A DNA stretch of 64,000 bases from Squalus acanthias (lineage: Eukaryota). Within the stretch, counting starts at the first letter, position 1. Each line of letters begins with the position of its first letter. The notes below the pieces were generated by a model that made no database searches, was not told the DNA's origin, and worked only from the letters and a program-made list of their open reading frames with translations. The translations under genes and the position numbers were made by a program. Location of the stretch: positions 12,028,001 through 12,092,000 of the forward strand of contig CM059445.1 of assembly GCA_030390025.1 (NCBI GenBank), read 5' to 3'. Below, piece after piece: positions 25,870-37,311 of the stretch.

Positions 25870-26965
25870 TATGGAATCATAGAAATTTACGGCACAGAAG
25901 GAGTCCATTCGGCCCATCGTGTCTGTGCCGGACGAAAAAGAGCTATCCAGCCTCATCCCACCTTCCAGCTCTTAGTCTGTAGCCCTGTAGGTTACACCAT
26001 TTCAAGTGCATATCCAAATATCTTTTAAATGAGGGTTTCTGTCTCTACCACCCTTTCAGGCAGTGAGTTCCAGACCCCCACCATCCTCTGGGTGAAAACA
26101 TTTCTCCTCAACTCCCCTCTAATCCTTCTATCAATTACTTGAAATCTACGCCCCCTGGTTATTGACCTCTCTGCTCAGGAAAATAGGTCCTTCCTATCCA
26201 CTCTATCTAGCACCCAGAGAATTTTATACACCTCAGTCAAGTCTCCCCTCAGCCTCCTCTGTTCCAAAGAAAACAACCCCAGCCTATCCAATCTTTCCTC
26301 ATAGCTAAAATTCTCCAGTCCTGGCAACATCCTCGTAAATCTCCTCTGTACCCTCTCTGGTGCAATCGCATCTTTCTTGTAATGTGGTGACCAGAACTGC
26401 ACGCAGTACTCTAGCTGCGGCCTAACTAGTGTTTTATACAGTTCAAGCATAACCTCCCTGCTATATTCTATGCCTCGGCTAATAAAGGCAAGTATCCCGT
26501 ATGCCTTCTTAACCACCTCATCTACCTGCCCTGCTACCTTCAGGAATCTGTGGACATGCACTCCAAGGTCCCTCTGATCTTCTGCACTTCTCAGTGTCCT
26601 ACCATTTATAGCGTATTCCCTTGCCTTGTTAGCCCTCCCCAAATGCATCACCTCACACTTCTGCAGATTGAATTCCATTTGCCACTGTTCTGCCCACCTG
26701 ACCAGTCCATTGATATCTTCCTGCAGTCTGCAGCCTTCTTCCTTGATCAACCACACGGCCAATTTTTGTATCATCTGCAAACTTCTTAATCATGCCCCCG
26801 ACCTTGAAGTCTAAATCATTGATTATATACCACAAGAAGCAAGAGACCCAGTACTGAGCCCTGTGGAACCCCACTGGAAACAGCCTACCAGTCACAAAAA
26901 CACCCATCTATCATTACCCTTTGCTTCCATGCCACTGAGCCAATTTTGGATCCAACTTGCCACTT
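25870..26965 (-). mobile_element. CR1 3' fragment inserted in a Deu-SINE
   Basis: ORFs 26175-26907 (FADDTK, RPQLEYCVQFWSP); SINE halves on both sides. Confidence 0.9.
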
Positions 26966-28376
26966 TCCCTTACGATCTTTACTTTTCTGGCCAGTCTGCC
27001 AGCTTCTTCGAAATAGTGCCGTGGGATTTTTTAACATCCACCTGAGAGGACCAATGTCTCAGCTGAAAGACGGCACCTCAGACAGTGCAGCACTCCATCA
27101 GTACTAGCAGCGGAAGTGTCAGCTGGGATTGTGTCAGCCGGGATGTGCTCAAAGTCTCACGGAGTGGGACTATGAACTTACGACCTTCTGACTCAGAAGC
27201 GAGGGTGCGACCCACTGAGCCACGGCTGACACCGAAATTACTTTGTTTCCTCCTTCTCTACCATTCCACATCTAGGAGGACCAGCAGGGACTTGTTGCAA
27301 GGCTCTGCCTCTGTCACTCTGCTGTTGGCCTCCAGGAGGTACACAATGGCAAGTTTGAGCTGACTGCTTCTCCGATTCTGCTTCCCAGAGGCATTACGAT
27401 GGAGCTTAGCGTCTGGGGAATTATCGATCTGCAGCCAGAGTGCTGCCCATCACCACTCACTGCCTCGCACCATTTAATAGCAGCTTTAGAACTTTTATAT
27501 CAAAAAGATCAATGCAAACAGAAAACCTCTCTCCACCACGAGTCCACCTGTAGTCAGAGCACGCTGGTTTCGCCCAATCACTGTCTAATACTGCCGGCAG
27601 CCACCGTAACACAAAGACTGACATGATTTTTCAATTGAAGAAAGTTGAAGGAACTCTTGCCATGACTTATCTTCGACAGAAAGGGTGGGGGTGCTTTGAA
27701 CTGAAATTACTGTCCCTAGATTTTTTACATCCACCCGAGAGGGCAGACGGGGCCTCGGTTTAATGTCTCAGCTGAAAGACGGCACCTCAGACAGTGCAGC
27801 ACTCCCTCAGCACTGCACTGGGAGCGTCAGCCGGGATTATGTGCTCAAAGTCTCCGGAGTGGGGCTACGAACCCACGAGTGCGAGGGTTCGACATGAAAT
27901 AAGTTTCTCCATTTAACACTAAACCAGTATTCTTATTCGGACGGGCCAATGGAGGACTGGGGAAATGTTAAGGGGTACATCAGGGGCACTCTGAATGGGC
28001 ACTGATTATGGGCACTGCTTCCAATCTGCTCATACTGCTCCCGTGTTCCACTCCCTCATAATGACTGTTAATGACCCACAAGTCTCGTCCCCTGTCTCTC
28101 GTAGTCCTCTGGGATAAATACCATCTAACCTTGGGGAACGTCTCTGTTCTGAGCCTTTCCATCCTCTTGAAGACTTCCATCCCATTTATATCAAAGTTGT
28201 TAGACCAACTTAGGTGACTGCTTCTCCATTCCACGGTGGGACTTTCTGTCCGTTGGATAACTGTGCGACCAGCTGCTCACTTTAAAGACTTCAGCTCAGG
28301 AGACTGTGCTTCAACGGTATATACTGCTTGCTGCTTGTTCCTGAGGTGCCCTCATTTCCCCTTGGCTTACCTTGTT

Positions 28377-28439
28377 CTATGCTGTTGTTGTGTTATAGCC
28401 TCTGGCTCTGTAAATGTTTTCGTAAACGGCATCACTCGC
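28377..28439 (-). CDS. Ig-superfamily receptor exon 8, cytoplasmic 3 (ASDAVYENIYRARGYNTTTA*)
   Basis: Branch point CACTAAC and acceptor ttttcatttctctttaag, phase 0; TAG at 28379-28377; donor AAG|GTAAGC 6 nt after the stop. Confidence 0.8.
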   Translation of the reverse strand, partial: ASDAVYENIYRARGYNTTTA

Positions 28440-28712
28440 CTTAAAGAGAAATGAAAAGCAGAGGTTAGTGAGGCGCACTGGTCCGGAGTCTAGCTGGTGC
28501 AGTGTGTTGCTATTTCCTTCAGTAGCAGTCACTAGACCTGGACCCTAGATCACACGGGGGCTGGAGGGCTTCCCCAGTGGCTGCTAAAGATCTATTTTAA
28601 TCGACTTCTCTGTGATAAGGAAGAAAATTCCTTAACATTCAGTTAATGGAGAGGAACACAGAATGGATTCAAGTTTCCCAGAACTTGCAGAGTAAAAGTG
28701 AAGGAAGAACAA

Positions 28713-29858
28713 ATAAGAACATAAGAATTAGGAGCAGGAGTAGGCCCTACGGCCCCTCGAGCCTGCTCCGCCATTCAATAAGATCATGGCTGATCTTCGA
28801 CCTCAACTCCACTTTCCCGTCCAATCTGCATATCCCTTGAGTCCCTTCATCCAAAAATCTATCGATCTCAGCCTTGAATATACTCAACGACTGAACATCC
28901 ACAGCCCTCTGGAGTAGAGAATTCCAAAGAGTCATAATCCTCTGAGTGAAGAAATTTCTCCTTATCTCAGTCCTAAATGGCCAACCCCTTATCCTAAGAC
29001 GATGCGCCCCCTAGTTCTAGAATCTCCAGCCAGGGGAAACACACTCCAGCCGTGGGAAACAGCCTCTCAGCATCTACCCTGTCAGGCCTTCTCAGAATCT
29101 TAGGGGGTAAAAATTGGGTAGCGCCCCCTTTGGGGTGCTACCTTCGCCGGGGCGCTAATTTTAGCGCCCCGAAAAAGTTAGTGCCCCTGCAGCCGATTTT
29201 CTCAGGTAGCGCTGCGAACCAATATCGCGGCACGTTGCGCCGCAGTACTGCAGGCCTTCCTCCCCTTATTAAAGGGGAGGGGCCTGGCGCAGCGCATCCC
29301 GGTGCCCAGCTGGGCCACCAGGAATCGGGAGTGCCGGCAAACGAGCCTGGCACTCAAGAGGAGTGCCGGGCTCACGGAGAGCAGCCGGCACCCCGCAGGG
29401 AGACTTCACGGGGGCCGGGGACAGCAACGGGGGCAGATGCTGGCAGGCGGCCAGCAACAAAAATGGCCGCCCGCCACCTCCCCTTTAACTAGCGCCGCCC
29501 CAGCCGCAGGTAGGCCCCCCCTGACCCCGGTGGACATAGCGTCTGGCGGTAAGTCGGGGGGCGCTACCCAATGTTACAGCCGGGGCCCAGGCGCTAGTTG
29601 ATTTGCACACAGTTAGCGCCCTAGGGCGCTAACGTGAGGCGCAAATCAACCAAATTTAGCCCCCTAGATGTTTCAATGATATCACCTCTCATTCTTCTAA
29701 ACTCTAGAGAATATAGGCCTAGTCTACTCAATCTCTCCTCATAGGACAACCCTCTCATCCCAGGAATCAATCTAGTGAACCTTCGTTGCACCCACTCTAA
29801 GGCAGGTATATCCTTCCTCAGGTAAGAGACCAAAGCTGTACACAGTACTCCAGGTGAG
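28713..29858 (-). mobile_element. CR1 3' fragment interrupted by a Harbinger-like MITE
   Basis: CR1 peptide and tail on the minus strand. Confidence 0.9.
29104..29664. mobile_element. GC-rich PIF/Harbinger-like MITE, internally deleted copy of the 20887-21616 family
   Basis: Same termini; 3-bp target duplication TAG (29101-29103, 29665-29667). Confidence 0.8.
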
Positions 29859-30289
29859 GTTTTTTCTTTCCAGGCTAAAGAAATGGGTCAGATTCCTCTG
29901 GAGAAATACAGCTTGGGTTTCCATGGAGGTTTACATCACGGTATACGGGTAGCACTGAACACAAATCAGACAACCCGCACCCCCCAAAAACGCTACACAA
30001 TCCACACCCCACTCCTGATCATCATCCAGAACCAACCCACCCACACCTCAAGCATCGTCTCCTTTCCACCGACCCCCAACGCGAATAATGCACCCAAGAC
30101 ACACCCTGTTGAATACCATATCCACACTCATACCCACTCCCTGCACACACTCTCCCTGCGGGTGAGCTGGTCCCAGCCTCTTCTGAAGCTGTCTCCAGCT
30201 GCTTGGAGACACCCAGCCACACGCGCCGGGACCTGGCAGCACCGCTGCCCCGTTCCTGCACCCATCAGATTGTGCCTGCTGCGAGTTAC

Positions 30290-30367
30290 CTTTTCCTGGG
30301 CGCTGGGTTCCTCAGGATCGTTTCTTTTCAGAGTGTCATAAACATCAGCGGTGGGATGTGAGGGCAC
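30290..30367 (-). CDS. Ig-superfamily receptor exon 7, cytoplasmic 2 (VPSHPTADVYDTLKRNDPEEPSAQEK)
   Basis: Acceptor cttttctcccttttaag, donor AAG|GTAACT, 78 nt, phase 0/0, contains YxxL. Confidence 0.85.
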
Positions 30368-31654
30368 CTTAAAAGGGAGAAAAGCATAACCACTAGGGAG
30401 TCATTCTGAATCATGGCCTTGACATAGTTACATCAGTGAGCGGGCGTCCCATGGGCACATCTGTAGCTTTCCGGAACGGGCAGGACAGGTACAGGCTGAG
30501 GTGTAACTCCATGTTGTTTCCCTGCCACTCCTTACCCTGTCCCGTCCGTACTTCTCGCCACTTCCTGTTCACCTGAGTAATGGGCTTAATCCCATGGTGC
30601 TGGAGAGAGGGATTGGTCCCTCTCACGGTGGGCAACAGAAGCCCCAAGACTCACTCCCTATCCAAAGGAAAGAAAACAGAGGTTGAGCTGTGTTGAGCGT
30701 CGACCTCCAACGACACCACTGCCCTGACCTCAGGGTTACAGAGGGGTGACCTCAACAATGGAAACATGCGCTGCTACTGGGAATGGGACTGCAGGGCAAC
30801 GGAGCAGACTTGGCTCCCCCAAACAGATCCGCAGATAACTGTACCAGAGACGTACAGACCAGGAGGTTCCGAGGTTCCATCCCCACTTTGTGATGTCTCA
30901 GCTGATCACAGTCCAGGCAGGGAAGCTCTAATAGCCCCAGCACTCCTGAGTTAAGCAGTGGGGAAATACAATTAAAAAATCAGCTCTTGATCGCATTCAA
31001 GTGACTTGTTCTGGAAGATGAGTCTGTGTGGACATCAAGTGATTCCAAGATCATATTTAGCTGTGATTTCCACCGCCCCCCCCGCCCCACTCTCCCCTCC
31101 ACAACAACTTGCATTTATATAGCGCCTTTAATTTAGTAAAATGCCCCAAGGCGTTTCACTGGGACGATTATCAAACAAAATTTGACACCGAGCCACATAA
31201 GGAGAGATTAGGGCAGGTGACCAAAAGCTTGGTCATAGAGGTAGGTTTTAAGGAGGGTCAGAAAGGAGGAGAGAGAGAGGCGGAGAGGTTTAGGAAGGGA
31301 ATTCCAGAGCTTAGGCCGCCAATGGTGGAGTGATGAAAATTTGGGAGGCGCAAGGAGCCAGAATTGGAGGAGTGCAGAGATCTCGGAGGGTTGTAGGGCT
31401 GGAGGAGGTTACAAAGAAAGGGAGGGGCGATGCCATGGAGGAATTTTGAAATCGAGGTGTTGCCGGACCATGGTCAAACAACTTTCCAACGTTTACTGTC
31501 TCGGTTAGCATGTGAAAAATGACCACTCGGTGTGTCAGCTGTGGCTCAGTGGGTAGCACTCTTGCTTCTGAGTCAGAAGGTTGTGGGTTCAGGTCCTGCT
31601 CCAGAAACTTAAGCACAAAAATCTAGGCTGACCCTCCAGTGCAGTGCTAAGGGA

Positions 31655-33325
31655 AAGGAATTTACAGTAGAGGAAGAGGGTAGCATGCCAGAAATCCCAA
31701 GAAACCTAATATTGGGACAGGGACTCAATAAAATTAACGTAAGTAAAATAACTAATGAAGAAAATAATGGCACTAAAGAGTGACAAATCCCCAGGGCCAG
31801 ATGGTTTCCATTTCAGGGTTTTAAAGGAAGCATGCGAGCACATTGCTGATGCCCTAACTATAATCTTCCAAGGTTCTCTTGATTCAGGAACCGTTCCTTT
31901 AGATTTGAAAATTGCGCATGTCACTCCGCTATTTAAGAATGGCGAGAGAAGGAAACCAGGGAATTATGGACCAGTTAGCCTAGTTTTGGGGAAATTGCTA
32001 GAGTCTATAATTTAGGATAGGGTGACTGAACACCTCAAAAATTTTCAGTTGATCAGAGAGAGCCAGCATGGATTTGTGAAAAGTAGGTCATGCCTGACAA
32101 ACCGGATTGAATTTTTTGAAGAGGTGACTAAAGTAGTGGACTGGGGAATGTCTTTGGATGTTATTTATATGGACTTCCAGAAGGCATTTGATAAAGACCC
32201 ACATAAGAGACTGTTATCTAAGGTAGAAGCCCATGGAATTGAGGGCAAATTATTGGCCTGGTTAGGAAATTGGCTGAGCGGCAGGAGACAAGCAATAAGG
32301 GTAAAGGGTAGGCACTCAAATTGGTAGGATGTGACTAGTGGTGTCCCGCAGGGATCTGTGTTGGGGCCTCAACTATTCACAGTATTTATTAACGCTTAGA
32401 TGATGGCATAGAAAGTCATATATCCCAATTTGCCGATGACACAAAGATAGGCAGCATTGTAGACAGTGTAGATGAAAGCATAAAATTACAAATGGATATT
32501 GATAGATTAAGTGAATGGGCAAAACTGTGGCAAATGGATTTCAATGTAAGCAAATGCGAGGTCATCCACTTTAGACCTAAAAAGGATAGAACAGGGTACT
32601 TTCTAAATGGTGAAAAGCTAAAAACAGTGGATGTCCAAAGAGACTTGGGGGTCCAGGTACATAGATCATTAAAATGTCTTGAACAGATACAGAAAATAAT
32701 TGAAAAGGCTAATGGAATGCTGGCCTTTATATCTAGAGGACTAGAGTACAAGGGGTAGAAGTTTTGCTGCAGCTATGCAAAGCCCTGGTTAGACCACACC
32801 TGGAGTACTGTGAGCAGTTCTGGGTACCACACCTTAGGAAGGATATATTGGCCTTGGAGGGAGTGCCAGTTTATCAGAATGATACCCGGACTCCAGGGGT
32901 TAAGTTACGAGGAGAGATTACACAAATTAGGGTTGTATTCCCTGGAATTTAGAAGGTTAAAGGGTGATCTGATCGAAGTTTTCAAGATATTAAGGGGAAC
33001 AGATAGGGTAGATAGAGAGAAACTATTTCCACTGGTTGGGGATTCTAGGACTAGGGGGCATAGTCTAAAAATTAGGGTCAGACCTTTCAGGAGTGAAATT
33101 AGGAAACACTTCTACACACAAAGGGTGGTAGAAGTTTGGAACGCTCTTCTGCAAATGCTAGATCAATTGTTAATTTTAAATTGGAGATTGATAGCTTTTT
33201 GTTAACTTCTGGTATTAAGGGATATGGGGCAAAGGGATATGGAGTTAGGTCACAGATCAGCCATGATCTCATTGAATGGCGGAACAGGCTCGAGAGGCTC
33301 AATGGCCTCCTCCTGTTCCTATGTT
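31655..33325 (+). mobile_element. CR1 RT-3' fragment inserted in a plus-strand Deu-SINE (31531-31650 and 33335-33700)
   Basis: KSPGPDG, QHGF, DFQKAFD peptides with stops; SINE halves flank it. Confidence 0.9.
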
Positions 33326-34059
33326 ACTTTGTTCCTATGCAGTACTGAGGGAGTGCTGCACTGTTGGAGGTGCTGTCTTTTGGTTGAGACATTAAACCGA
33401 GGCCCCGTCTGCTCTCTCAGGTGGATGTAAAAGATCCCATGGCACTGTTTTGAAGAAGAGCAGGGGAGTTCTCCCCGGTGTCCTGGCCAATATTTATCTC
33501 TCAATCAACATCACAAAATCAGATTATCTGGTCATTATCACATCGCTGTTTGTGGGAGCTTGCTGTGCGTAAATTGGCTGCCGCGTTTCCCACATGACAA
33601 CAGTGACTACACTTCAAAAAGTACTTCCTTGGCTGTATAGCGCTTTGGGATGTCTGGTGGTCGTGAAAGGCGCTACAGAAATGCACGTCTTTCTTTTTCC
33701 CTTTCTCAGTTGAGGTACCTCGGTGACCAGCGTTGTGCAACTGTGCCTCAGTGAAAGTCGATGGGTGGGTTGGGGGGCGGGGAACGGGATGAAAACGGAC
33801 GATAAAACCCAGTAAAGCCACATTCTACAGGAGCTGTGTGCGATCACAGAAGAGCAGGTACTTGGTATTAAGGACAATGGACTCAATGCAATCTTCCTCA
33901 TGGAACGCGTCTTCAGCATGGTCGTCCCATGATTGTAGCACAGGGAATCAGAGGGGCAATTAAAGGAATTTCACTGATTGCAGCCAACATCTGGATATCC
34001 ATGGGGCTCCCACTGCGTTCCCTCAATCACATACACACAACTCTCACGTTCATGCTCAC

Positions 34060-34113
34060 CATGTAAACCGGTTCCTCCTCCTGCCGCCCTCTCGCTCTGC
34101 ACTTGCTTACGAT
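34060..34113 (-). CDS. Ig-superfamily receptor exon 6, cytoplasmic 1 (IVSKCRARGRQEEEPVYM)
   Basis: Acceptor ctccctctttcag, donor ATG|GTGAGC, 54 nt, phase 0/0; supplies the basic stop-transfer residues after the TM. Confidence 0.85.
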
Positions 34114-34509
34114 CTGAAAGAGGGAGACCAACGATGACTGACAGATTTGTCCGACCACCGCTTAATTGTAAACAAGAAGGGCGAAAGGCTGGAGCTACCC
34201 AGCAGGTCAGGCAGCATCTGTGGAGCAACAGACGTCGGTCACCGTCGAGGTTGTAGCTCTGGAGGACACCTGAGCAAGGGTCTGAGGACCTCAAGCGTCG
34301 AACGACTGAGTCTGTTTCTCCAGCAGATGCTGCCTGACCTGCTGAGTGTGTCCAGCCTGGCCTGTTTCAGATTTCCAGCACCTGCAGTCATATTACTTTC
34401 TACTCATGGGCTTCCCCGAAAAAGGTGCAGTTATTCCAGAAGCAGGTTGGTAGCAGGCTCTGATCGGGAGCAAGTGGCGCTCTAAAATAAAAGTCAGTGA
34501 GGTACTTAC

Positions 34510-34601
34510 AACACATGTGGCGATGGATGTCACAATGATCAGGAGAAGCCCAGCACCGACACTGAGCACAATGACCAGCAAATTGCGGTTGTCGATTTCA
34601 T
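34510..34601 (-). CDS. Ig-superfamily receptor exon 5, transmembrane (NEIDNRNLLVIVLSVGAGLLLIIVTSIATCV)
   Basis: Acceptor tgtttgtgttgcag (phase 1), donor GTT|GTAAGT (phase 0), uncharged hydrophobic helix. Confidence 0.9.
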
Positions 34602-35448
34602 CTGCAACACAAACAGGAATTTAGGAGAAACCTCTTTACCCAGAGAGTGGTGAGAATGTGGAACTCAGTACCACAGGGAGTGGTTGAGGCGAATAGTATA
34701 GATGCATTTAAAAGGAAGCTAGATCAACACGTGAGGGAGAAAGGAATAGAAGGTGAGGCTGATAGGGTGAGATGAAGAGGGGTGGGAGGAGGCTCGTGCG
34801 GAGCATAAACACCGGCATGGACCAGTTGGGCCGAATGGCCTGTTTCTGTGCTGTACATTCTGTCATTCTATGTATTACAAAGTATTTGTAGTATCTGGTT
34901 CTTTTGCCAATTCTCTTAAATCTCTGTCTTCTGGTTACCGACCCTTCTGCCAGTGGAAACAGTTTCTCCTTATTTACTCCATCAAAACCCACTAGCAATT
35001 TGAACGCCTTCATTAAATCCCCCCTTAACCTTAAGTGTATGTTTGCGCATGCGTTGGATGAGAGCCGCGTTGGGTTCGACTTTGGGATTGTTGGCCCTTC
35101 ATTGTTGAACTGCCTGCCAACACGCACCATGATAACTGATCCTTGGTACCGGAGCGTGTCCAGTGCACATGGAACTGCTACACGGCAACAAAAAAAATCA
35201 GCGCTTTTGGGAAGAAGGGAAGAGAAACATGAAAAGAAAAAAAAAACCAACAAAACAACAAACAAAATCTTGTGTCCAATTCTGGGCACCACACTATGGG
35301 GAAAGAGCAGGGGGAGTGGACCTAATCAGTAGCTCTTTCAGAGAGCCAGCGCAGACATGATGGGCTGAATGGCCTCCTTCTGTGCTGTAGGATTCTACGA
35401 TTCTATGAAAATCTCGAGATGTCTTTGGTACAAAGCTAAGGTACAAAC

Positions 35449-35715
35449 TGGTTATCACAGTGACCACCACCGTGGCCTGTCTCGTTCCCAGCTTGTTCTT
35501 TGCGGAGCAGACGTAGGTCCCCTGGTCGCTGGATGAGATGTTCTCCACCCTGATACTCAGGCGATTCGTTTTCATGGTCAGCAAAGCCTTTCCATTTAGG
35601 AGCCAAGTCATTTCGGCTTTCGGGTTGCTATTGACCATGCATGTCAGCTCGAGCAGGTCACCTGTTATCTTCACAGTATTGTTCCCTGGTTCCACCCTAA
35701 GATGTACAGGGCCAT
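35449..35715 (-). CDS. Ig-superfamily receptor exon 4, C2/I-set Ig domain
   Basis: YGP...LTC...SNP...W...DQGTYVCSAKN pattern; acceptor ttttaacag phase 1; phase-1 donor A|GTTTGT is weak, so the 3' boundary is less certain; 267 nt. Confidence 0.9.
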
Positions 35716-35720
35716 CTGTT

Positions 35721-36045
35721 AAAAGAAAGAAAGACTTGCATTTATATAGCGCCTTTCACAACCTCAGGACATCCCAAAGCACTTTACAGCCAATGAAGTA
35801 CTTTTCAAGTGTAGCCTCTGTTGTAATGCAGGAAACACGGCTGCCAATTTACGCACAGCAAGATCCCACAAACAGCAACGTGATAATGACCAGATAATCT
35901 GTTTTTTTGTCATATTGAGTGAGGGATAAATATTGGCCAGGACACCGGGGATAACTCCCCTGCTCGTCTTTGAATTAGTGCCATAGGATCTTTTACGTCC
36001 ACCTGAGAGGGCAGACAGGGCCTCAGTTTAATGTCTCATCTGAAA
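35721..36045 (-). mobile_element. Deu-SINE (5'-truncated) abutting the exon 4 splice acceptor
   Basis: SINE body and (TTTC)n tail end directly before TAACAG. Confidence 0.85.
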
Positions 36046-36196
36046 GAAAAGAGCATCGTAAAAGACACAAACAAAAAATCATGTTAAACTCCCCCCAGAT
36101 TAAAATTTACCTGAAACGGTAGATAGAAGGAACGTACTCTAGCTTAGTGGGCAGAATCACTGGCCAGCATGGTGCTGACCCAAACAGACCAGAAGG

Positions 36197-36518
36197 TCAC
36201 AGAATCACAGAATCCCCACAGTGCAGATAGAGGCCATTTCGGCCCATCGAGCCTGCACCGACACATATCCCACCCGATCCCCGTAACCCCACGTATTTAA
36301 TCCCCCCTAACACACTAAGGGTCAATTTATCATAGCCAAATCAACCTAACCCGCACATCTTTGGACTGTGGGAGGAAACCGGAGCACCCGGAGGAAACCC
36401 ACGCAGACACGGGGAGAATGTGCAAACTCCACACAGACAGTCGCCCAAGGCCGGATTCGAACCCGGGTCCCTGGCGCTGTGAGGCAACAGTGCTAACCAC
36501 TATGCCACCGTGTTGCCC
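36197..36518 (-). mobile_element. HE1-type V-SINE
   Basis: Reverse complement of the head and V-domain seen at 2065-2350. Confidence 0.85.
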
Positions 36519-37311
36519 CAGACGGTCCTCGTCTGTCTGATGCCTGCCCTGTGCCGAGTTAGCCAATCCCAGCTAGGGCAATGGTAAGGGTGCCGGAATT
36601 GGCCTCAGTGCCCCTTAGCTAGGAAATGGAAAATGGTTCCTCATCACTTTCCAGCAATTGCTGCTGTCACAGCGTATGTATGCGGACATGGGGAGAGGAT
36701 CAGGCTTGGCTATGGTTGGATAGCCTGCTGCTGCTCACTGTCCAGGGCCACTCGTGAAGAATGGCCACTCCGCCCAGATCATAGAATCTTATTAGCGCAG
36801 AAGGAGACCATTCGGCCCGTTGTGCCTGTGCCGGCTCTTTGGTCGAGCTATCCAATTGGTCCCACTCCCCCCTGCTCTCTTTCCCCATAGTCCTGCAAAT
36901 TTCTCCTTTTCAAGTAGATATCCAGTTCCCTTTTGAAAGTTATTACTCAATCTGCTCCCCTGCCCTTTCAGGCAGCGCATTCCAGATCATAACTCGCTGG
37001 GTTAAAAAGAAGCTAGAAAATGCATGGTGCATGTCCAGGTCTAGCCCAGCAAGGAGTCAGCACCTTCAGGGAAGGAGAAAGAACATAAGAACATAAGAAA
37101 TAGGAGCAGGAGTCGGCCATTTGGCCCTTCAAGCCTGCTCCGCCATTCAATAAGATCATGGCTGATCTTCTACCTCAACTCCACTTTCCTGCACTGTCCC
37201 CATATCCCTTGATTCCCTTAATATTCAAAAATCTATCAATCTCTGTCTTGAATATACTCAACAATGACTGAGCCTCCACATCCCTCTGGGGTAGAGAACC
37301 CTCTGGGGTCC

